Source: an uncultured bacterium (GTDB taxonomy: Bacteria > Patescibacteriota > Microgenomatia > UBA1400 > MFAQ01). Taken from it: DNA of 64,000 nucleotides. Below, piece after piece: positions 58,486 through 64,000 of the stretch. A program made the translations under genes and the position numbers. Where the stretch lies: NCBI GenBank assembly GCA_963980225.1, contig CAXBYW010000005.1:1235-65234 (forward strand). Direction: 5' to 3'. Positions within the stretch are counted from its first letter, which is position 1. Each line of letters starts with the position of its first letter. A model generated the notes under the pieces. That model did not search any database and was not told the origin of the DNA. It saw only the letters and a program-made list of their open reading frames with translations.

Positions 58486-59699
58486 AACTAAAAAACGGCA
58501 CCTACCATTTGATAAAGTCAGCCATAGCTGACTTTAAACGAAACAAGGTACGTACCTTTTTAACCTCTTTAGGTATTACCATCGGAGTCCTATCAGTCGT
58601 CATGTTAATTGCTTTGGGGTTAGGTTTAAAAAACTACATCCAAGAACAGTTCGAAGGCTTGGGAGCCAATCTAGTAATGGTTATGGCAGGTTCTGGTATA
58701 GGTGGGGGAGATGGTGGTGGCTTTAGTGGACCAGCCGGTATGTTTGGTTCTGTTGTGGAATTTGACGAAAGAGATGTTTCATCCTTAAAGAGGATTCAAG
58801 ATATAAAGTACGTCGTTCCGGTGTACTTTAAATCCTTGGCCATAGAAGCAGAAGATAACAAAGAGATGGGTTATGTCATGGGTGTAAATGACGAATTCTT
58901 TGATCTAATGAGTGCCGAGATGCTAGAAGGTGAAATCTTCGACAAGTCAGATATACAAGGTAGAACTAAGGTTGTTGTTTTAGGTTTCACCCTATCAGAA
59001 AAACTTTTTGGCGAAGCCGGTGACGGCGCTGGTAGAACCATAAGGGCAGATAACATGAGGCTAAAAGTAATCGGAGTTTTAGAAAAAACCGGGGACACAG
59101 AAATGGATAAATCAGCCGTCATACCATACACAACTACTTTTGCCAGCCTAAACCCCGACAAAACTTTTTGGTCAATCTATTTAGGTGTTGACGCAGAAGA
59201 TAAAGTTGACGCAGCTTCAGACAAAGCAGAAGAAGTCTTATTAAGGCGTTACAAAGAAGACGAGTTTGCTGTGGTCCAGCAATCAGAAGTCCTCTCAACC
59301 ATTAATCAGATATTTTCCGTCTTAAATGCCATTTTAGTAGCCATCGGTTCCATCTCCCTATTGGTCGGGGGTATCGGTATCATGAACATCATGTACGCTA
59401 CCGTTACCGAACGAACCAAGGAGATTGGAATAAGGCGAGCCATCGGTGCCACTAAACAAGACATCTTAACTCAATTCTTAACAGAGTCAGTCGTCCTATC
59501 AGTCCTCGGTGGACTGGTTGGTTTAACCCTGTCAGTTTTAATAGTCTTAGCAGTAAGACCGTTCTTCCCTGTGGCCATAAATACTTTGGCCGTAATCATC
59601 GCCATCGGCGTCTCAAGCTTCATCGGTATATTTTTTGGTGTTTTCCCCGCCAAGAGAGCAGCCAATCTACCTCCAATCGTCGCCATCAAATACGAATAA
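58482..59699 (+). CDS. ABC transporter permease, FtsX/MacB-like
   Basis: TM1, large periplasmic domain, C-terminal 3 TM. Confidence 0.8.
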   Translation: MKLKNGTYHLIKSAIADFKRNKVRTFLTSLGITIGVLSVVMLIALGLGLKNYIQEQFEGLGANLVMVMAGSGIGGGDGGGFSGPAGMFGSVVEFDERDVSSLKRIQDIKYVVPVYFKSLAIEAEDNKEMGYVMGVNDEFFDLMSAEMLEGEIFDKSDIQGRTKVVVLGFTLSEKLFGEAGDGAGRTIRADNMRLKVIGVLEKTGDTEMDKSAVIPYTTTFASLNPDKTFWSIYLGVDAEDKVDAASDKAEEVLLRRYKEDEFAVVQQSEVLSTINQIFSVLNAILVAIGSISLLVGGIGIMNIMYATVTERTKEIGIRRAIGATKQDILTQFLTESVVLSVLGGLVGLTLSVLIVLAVRPFFPVAINTLAVIIAIGVSSFIGIFFGVFPAKRAANLPPIVAIKYE

Positions 59700-59709
59700 A
59701 ATACACACT

Positions 59710-60780
59710 ATGGACATCACTTCAAAAATAAAAGAAATTAAGAAAAAGCTAGGCGTAGAAGACCTTAAAGTAAAACTAAAAAGTCTACAAGAGAAGTCAG
59801 CAGATCCTAGTCTCTGGCAGGACGAGGACAAAGCCAAAAAGACACTTCAAGGACTGTCTCACATCCAACTTATTTTAGACAAGATCGACTCCCTAGAAAA
59901 AGACGCTAAAGATCTAGATGGACTACATAAACTTCAAAAAGATACAGCCGATGAATCACTGACTAAAGAAGTCGACGTCCTTCAAGAAAAGTTGATAAAA
60001 AAAATTAAAGACCTTGAACTACAAACATTTCTCTCTGGGAAACACGATCCTCAAGGAGCCATTGTCTCCATTCACTCCGGTCAAGGTGGCGTGGAAGCCA
60101 TGGACTGGGCGGCTATGTTACAAAGAATGTACCAGAGATTTTTTGACATAAAAGACTGGAAGTGGCAACTAGTATCAGAGTCGCAAGGTGAAGAAGCAGG
60201 TATAAAATCAGCCATAATTCTAGTCAATACCCCATATGCCTATGGTTACCTAAAAAGTGAAGCAGGTACTCACAGGTTAGTTCGCTTAAGTCCTTTTAAC
60301 TCAGACAATCTAAGGCAAACCTCTTTCGCTGGTGTGGAGGTAACTCCAGTCATAGAAGATCAGGTCTTATCAGAAATTAAAAGCGAGGACTTAGAAATAG
60401 AGTTCTTTCGCTCTGGAGGTCCAGGTGGGCAAAACGTCAACAAGCTTTCAACAGCCGTTCGTCTAAAACACAAACCCAGCGGAACAGTGGTGGAATGCCA
60501 GACCCAAAGGACCCAAGAGCAAAACAGGAAAATCGCCATGCAGATCTTGGTCAGTAAGTTAGAAAAACTAGAAGAAGAAAAAAGAGAAAAGGAGCTAGAA
60601 AGCATCAAAGGTGAACACAAGGTTCCGGGTTGGGGACAGCAAATACGCTCTTACGTTCTCCATCCTTACAAGCAAGTAAAAGATCACCGGACCAAGGTAG
60701 AGTCCCAAGATCCAGATGCAGTCCTAAATGGCTCACTAGATATCTTCATAGAAGCCGGACTTTCTGCTAAACTAGAATAA
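59710..60780 (+). CDS. prfB: peptide chain release factor 2
   Basis: GGQ (SGGPGGQNVNK) and SPF-containing domain. Single uninterrupted ORF. Confidence 0.85.
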   Translation: MDITSKIKEIKKKLGVEDLKVKLKSLQEKSADPSLWQDEDKAKKTLQGLSHIQLILDKIDSLEKDAKDLDGLHKLQKDTADESLTKEVDVLQEKLIKKIKDLELQTFLSGKHDPQGAIVSIHSGQGGVEAMDWAAMLQRMYQRFFDIKDWKWQLVSESQGEEAGIKSAIILVNTPYAYGYLKSEAGTHRLVRLSPFNSDNLRQTSFAGVEVTPVIEDQVLSEIKSEDLEIEFFRSGGPGGQNVNKLSTAVRLKHKPSGTVVECQTQRTQEQNRKIAMQILVSKLEKLEEEKREKELESIKGEHKVPGWGQQIRSYVLHPYKQVKDHRTKVESQDPDAVLNGSLDIFIEAGLSAKLE

Positions 60781-60803
60781 ATTAGTAAATACTATAAATA
60801 TCA

Positions 60804-61322
60804 ATGGAAATAAAAAAAATAAACTTAGATCAAGACACCAATGTAGCCCCAGTAGTTGGTGCGCCTAGTACACCTGGTACAGCATTACCTGTTAAAGAGA
60901 AGTCTTTTACTCCGCTTTTTATTATCCTAGTCATTGTTTTAGGTGTCTCTTCCGGAGCAATTATAAAAAACCTTAAATCAGGATCAGCTGGCCAGATGGC
61001 CGGAGTTGACGCCCCAGAGGAGGGTGTTGCGATAAACGTTGGTGAAGTGTTTGGTGCAAAAGATGAATCCGGTTTTACAGACGAGGCCACAGGAATCTTA
61101 GAAGAAGGTGGGCTTGATGGTGAAGGTACACATAAACTTATTCGTCCCGGTGGTGACGATCAGACGGCCTATCTTACTAGTTCGATTCTAGACTTAGATC
61201 AATTTGTCGGGTTCAAGATCTCGGTTTGGGGTGAAACATTTTCCGGCCAAAAAGCCGGTTGGTTAATGGACGTTGGTAGGGTAAAGGTTGATGAGCTCAA
61301 TCCCACTCCCTTAGATGAATAA
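60804..61322 (+). CDS. hypothetical membrane-anchored/secreted protein
   Basis: TM near the N-terminus. Acidic Gly-rich. Confidence 0.35.
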   Translation: MEIKKINLDQDTNVAPVVGAPSTPGTALPVKEKSFTPLFIILVIVLGVSSGAIIKNLKSGSAGQMAGVDAPEEGVAINVGEVFGAKDESGFTDEATGILEEGGLDGEGTHKLIRPGGDDQTAYLTSSILDLDQFVGFKISVWGETFSGQKAGWLMDVGRVKVDELNPTPLDE

Positions 61323-61327
61323 AAAAT

Positions 61328-62011
61328 ATGGTTATATTCGATTCGGTAACCAAAATCTTCCCAAACGGTGACCAGGTCTTAGACCAGGTAGGTTTTCATA
61401 TTACTGCAGGTGAAATGGTCGTAATCACCGGCAAATCTGGCTCAGGTAAAACCACCATTGGCCGGCTTCTAATAGGGGACTTGAAACCATCAGAAGGTCA
61501 AATCATAGTAGATGGGGAAAAAGTCATAGAGGCAAACCTAAAAGAATTAATCTCTCTAAGGCGAAAAATCGGCACAGTCTTCCAGGATTACAAAATCATC
61601 CCTGACAAAACCACTTACGAAAACGTTGCCTTGAATTTAGAGGTAGCTGGTTTTGATAAAGAAGATATAGAGAAGAAAGTAGAAAAAATACTAGAAATGG
61701 TTGGTATACCAGGTAAAAAAGACCTTTTCCCATCCCAGTTATCAGGTGGAGAACTCCAGAGGGCTTCACTAGCAAGAGCCATAGCTACCGAACCACACAT
61801 CTTGTTTGCCGACGAACCAACCGGTAATCTTGACAAAGCTACTTCCAAAGAAATATTTGAACTTCTAAAGAAAATAAACAAAGCTGGCACCACAGTAATA
61901 ATTGCTACTCACGACGAAGAATTTTCAAGCTCCGGCTCCATTCACCATATTCATCTAGATAAAGGTAAAATAGTTAAAGACTCACGTCCATCAAAGAAAA
62001 AGAAAAAATGA
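61328..62011 (+). CDS. ftsE: cell-division ATP-binding protein FtsE
   Basis: GKSGSGKTT, LSGGELQR. Followed by ftsX and an M23 gene. Confidence 0.8.
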   Translation: MVIFDSVTKIFPNGDQVLDQVGFHITAGEMVVITGKSGSGKTTIGRLLIGDLKPSEGQIIVDGEKVIEANLKELISLRRKIGTVFQDYKIIPDKTTYENVALNLEVAGFDKEDIEKKVEKILEMVGIPGKKDLFPSQLSGGELQRASLARAIATEPHILFADEPTGNLDKATSKEIFELLKKINKAGTTVIIATHDEEFSSSGSIHHIHLDKGKIVKDSRPSKKKKK

Positions 62012-62907
62012 AGACTACTTTAAACAACATCCGTCGTTCACCATACCAAGCCTTAGCAGCAATTCTTGTTACCAGTCTTACTCTTTTCATTATCTCCATC
62101 TTCATCTATGTATCCCTCGCATCCCAAGTTGTCCTAAATCATTTTGAAACAAAGCCACAGATAATTGCCTATCTAAAAGATAGCCATACTCAAGAACAAG
62201 CCAACCAGCTAATCAACTCAATCAAATCTAAGACAAACGTCCAAGATGCTTTGTATATAAGTAAAGACCAAGCCCTAGAGATATATAAAGAGAGTGTCGG
62301 TAATGACCCATTGCTCTTGGGTAGCATCACCGAGCTAGGTCTGGTTACAGCAGAAATACTACCAGCCAGCATAGAAGTAACCGCCAAAACTCCTAAGGAC
62401 TTTGACTCTATCGTAGAAGTCTTAAAAAAATCTGATCTAATCAGCACCACTTCTCAAGGTCAAAAAGAGATCGACTTTCCAAAAGACATAGTAGGGGAGT
62501 TGACCAGGTGGACTCACGCTATAAGAGTAGCAGGAATAATCTTAATATCAGCTCTTTCTCTTACTTCTATTTTAACTATTATGATAATTATCTCTTTAAA
62601 AATCGCCTCAAGAAGAGTGGAAATTGGCACCTTAAAGTTACTAGGAGCTCAAAATAAATTTGTCTTAAAACCTTACTTACTAGAGTCCATAATCTACGGT
62701 CTCTCAGGAGCTTTCACAGGCTGGCTACTAAGCTATATTTTCCTTCTTTACTCTACCCCTTTCCTGTCTCAAAGATTAGGCAACATTATCGCCTTCCCTG
62801 TTCCTTTCTTAATCGCCCTAATTCCTCTAGGAATCTTAATTATTTTCTCCCTAATTTTGAGCCTAATTTCAAGTTTCTGGGCTGTTTTAAGATTTCTTAA
62901 AAGATGA
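62008..62907 (+). CDS. ftsX: cell-division permease FtsX
   Basis: 4-TM FtsX topology. Overlaps ftsE. Confidence 0.75.
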   Translation: MKTTLNNIRRSPYQALAAILVTSLTLFIISIFIYVSLASQVVLNHFETKPQIIAYLKDSHTQEQANQLINSIKSKTNVQDALYISKDQALEIYKESVGNDPLLLGSITELGLVTAEILPASIEVTAKTPKDFDSIVEVLKKSDLISTTSQGQKEIDFPKDIVGELTRWTHAIRVAGIILISALSLTSILTIMIIISLKIASRRVEIGTLKLLGAQNKFVLKPYLLESIIYGLSGAFTGWLLSYIFLLYSTPFLSQRLGNIIAFPVPFLIALIPLGILIIFSLILSLISSFWAVLRFLKR

Positions 62908-64000
62908 AAAAATGGCTGGTTCTATTTGTTATCGGTTTCATTGTTTCCCTGGCGCTTCCTGCTTGGGCCATAGAGTGTGAAGGTGCTCCTCCAAGTGACG
63001 CCGGTCAGCTAATTGAGTACATAACAAAATGTAATGCAAAAATAAATGAGTCCAAAGGGCAGCAACAAACTTTAAACTCTGCCATCACCGTTTTAAACTC
63101 TAAAATCAACTTGGCACAAGGTCAGATAAATCAAACCCAAAGTCAGATCGACGGTTTAGAGGAAGAAATCAAACTATTATCCACTGTACTTGAGGACCTG
63201 GACCAATCCTTAGATGAACTATCCGTCACCTATGTTGCCCGTGTTCGAGAAAGTTACAAACAAAGAGATTTAAACCTAATTAGACTGTTCTTTTCATCCG
63301 ACTCTTTTGGTCAGTTGGTTACTAAGTTAAAGTACATTAACTCCATAAAACAAAGAGATAGGTTAGTTCTTCAAGAACTAGAAAAAACGAGATTAGATTT
63401 TGATCAACAAAAGCTAACTAAACTAACCAAACAAGAAGAGGTTGAATTGTTAAAGGATAAGTTGGTCGGACAACAAGTTGCTTTGGGTGGTCAGAAAGCT
63501 CAAAAACAAGACCTTTTAGTAATTACTAAAAACGACGAAGCCAAGTTTCAAAATTTACTCAACCAAGCCAAGGCAGAGCTAGAAGCTATCGAAGCCATTA
63601 TCGCTGGTAATGGTCAGGAAAACTCAGTCGGAAGTGTAAGTCAGGGTGACACAATTGCTCATGTTATCACTGGTTCATCTTGTAACTCATCTGGTTCCCA
63701 CCTTCATTTTATGGTTGCTGACAACACTCTAGTAAAAAACCCATTTGAGTTTTTAAAGTCGATAGAACACAACAATGTATCTGGTGGTGATCCTTTTAAT
63801 CCTTCTGGTAGTTGGGATTGGCCACTATCACCCACCATTAGTTTTAATCAAGGGTATGGTTCTACTTGGGCTATTCGAAATACTTGGGTAGGAAACATTT
63901 ATTCATTTCATAATGGCATAGACATACATGGTAGTTCCACAACAGTAAAGGCAGTTCAAGCAGGTGATTTATATAGAGGTAGTTATACTGGTTCTGGTGG
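62904..64000 (+). CDS. EnvC/PcsB-like coiled-coil M23 peptidase-domain protein (partial; runs off window end)
   Basis: Signal/TM, Gln-rich coiled coil, then M23 motifs (HLHFMV, GIDIHGSS). No stop before the window end. Confidence 0.6.
   Translation, partial: MKKWLVLFVIGFIVSLALPAWAIECEGAPPSDAGQLIEYITKCNAKINESKGQQQTLNSAITVLNSKINLAQGQINQTQSQIDGLEEEIKLLSTVLEDLDQSLDELSVTYVARVRESYKQRDLNLIRLFFSSDSFGQLVTKLKYINSIKQRDRLVLQELEKTRLDFDQQKLTKLTKQEEVELLKDKLVGQQVALGGQKAQKQDLLVITKNDEAKFQNLLNQAKAELEAIEAIIAGNGQENSVGSVSQGDTIAHVITGSSCNSSGSHLHFMVADNTLVKNPFEFLKSIEHNNVSGGDPFNPSGSWDWPLSPTISFNQGYGSTWAIRNTWVGNIYSFHNGIDIHGSSTTVKAVQAGDLYRGSYTGSG

Noticed and set aside
1-64000. Alternative genetic code (UGA recoding, as in some CPR lineages)
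   Set aside because: TGA terminates many full-length conserved proteins here (secD, relA, gltX, lysS etc.) and takes part in ATGA start/stop overlaps. Standard code 11 fits.
1-64000. CRISPR arrays, rRNA, tmRNA, RNase P RNA, SRP RNA
   Set aside because: I found no regularly spaced direct repeats and no tmRNA/SRP/RNase P sequence signatures in the intergenic regions. The only tRNA-like T-arm sequences belong to the two annotated tRNAs.

Overview
AT-rich, gene-dense bacterial chromosome segment using the standard genetic code: TGA acts as a stop and there are many ATGA/CATG start-stop overlaps. The gene content looks like a reduced-genome (CPR/Patescibacteria-like) organism, with several truncated housekeeping proteins. 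The core genes I can support include secD/secF, cca, a RelA/SpoT homolog, gltX, proS, lysS, serS, secA, lon, lgt, truB, greA, dtd, rarA, prfB, nfo, a cyclophilin, a LemA+TPM pair, TspO, and FtsE/FtsX followed by an M23 EnvC-like gene that runs off the window end. There is also a second HlyD-ABC-FtsX (MacAB-like) exporter. I found two tRNAs on the minus strand, tRNA-Gln(CTG) and tRNA-Glu(CTC). The most notable region is a ~10 kb putative integrated element (~33.95-44.0 kb). It ends in a large serine recombinase whose 3' end overlaps the tRNA-Glu, and it also carries a Toprim/P-loop primase-helicase-like gene, a NUDIX hydrolase, a small P-loop kinase-like protein and a compact operon of unknown ORFs. 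The second notable region is a tandem array of three divergent ~185-aa paralogs (12.19-13.92 kb) with conserved RBS/upstream motifs, placed convergently to an unknown 283-aa gene. Other points of interest: a bacterial Elp3-like radical-SAM/GNAT protein, an ATP-cone fused to a restriction-endonuclease-like domain, a CCA enzyme with a 4-Cys insertion in its HD domain, a 42-bp x3 proline-rich coding repeat behind a consensus promoter, an orphan DUF4258-like toxin-like gene, an AbrB/MazE-like gene at the window start, and a 50-aa hydrophobic peptide gene with a strong SD and terminator divergent from the MacAB-like operon. No CRISPR array, rRNA, tmRNA or RNase P signature was recognised.
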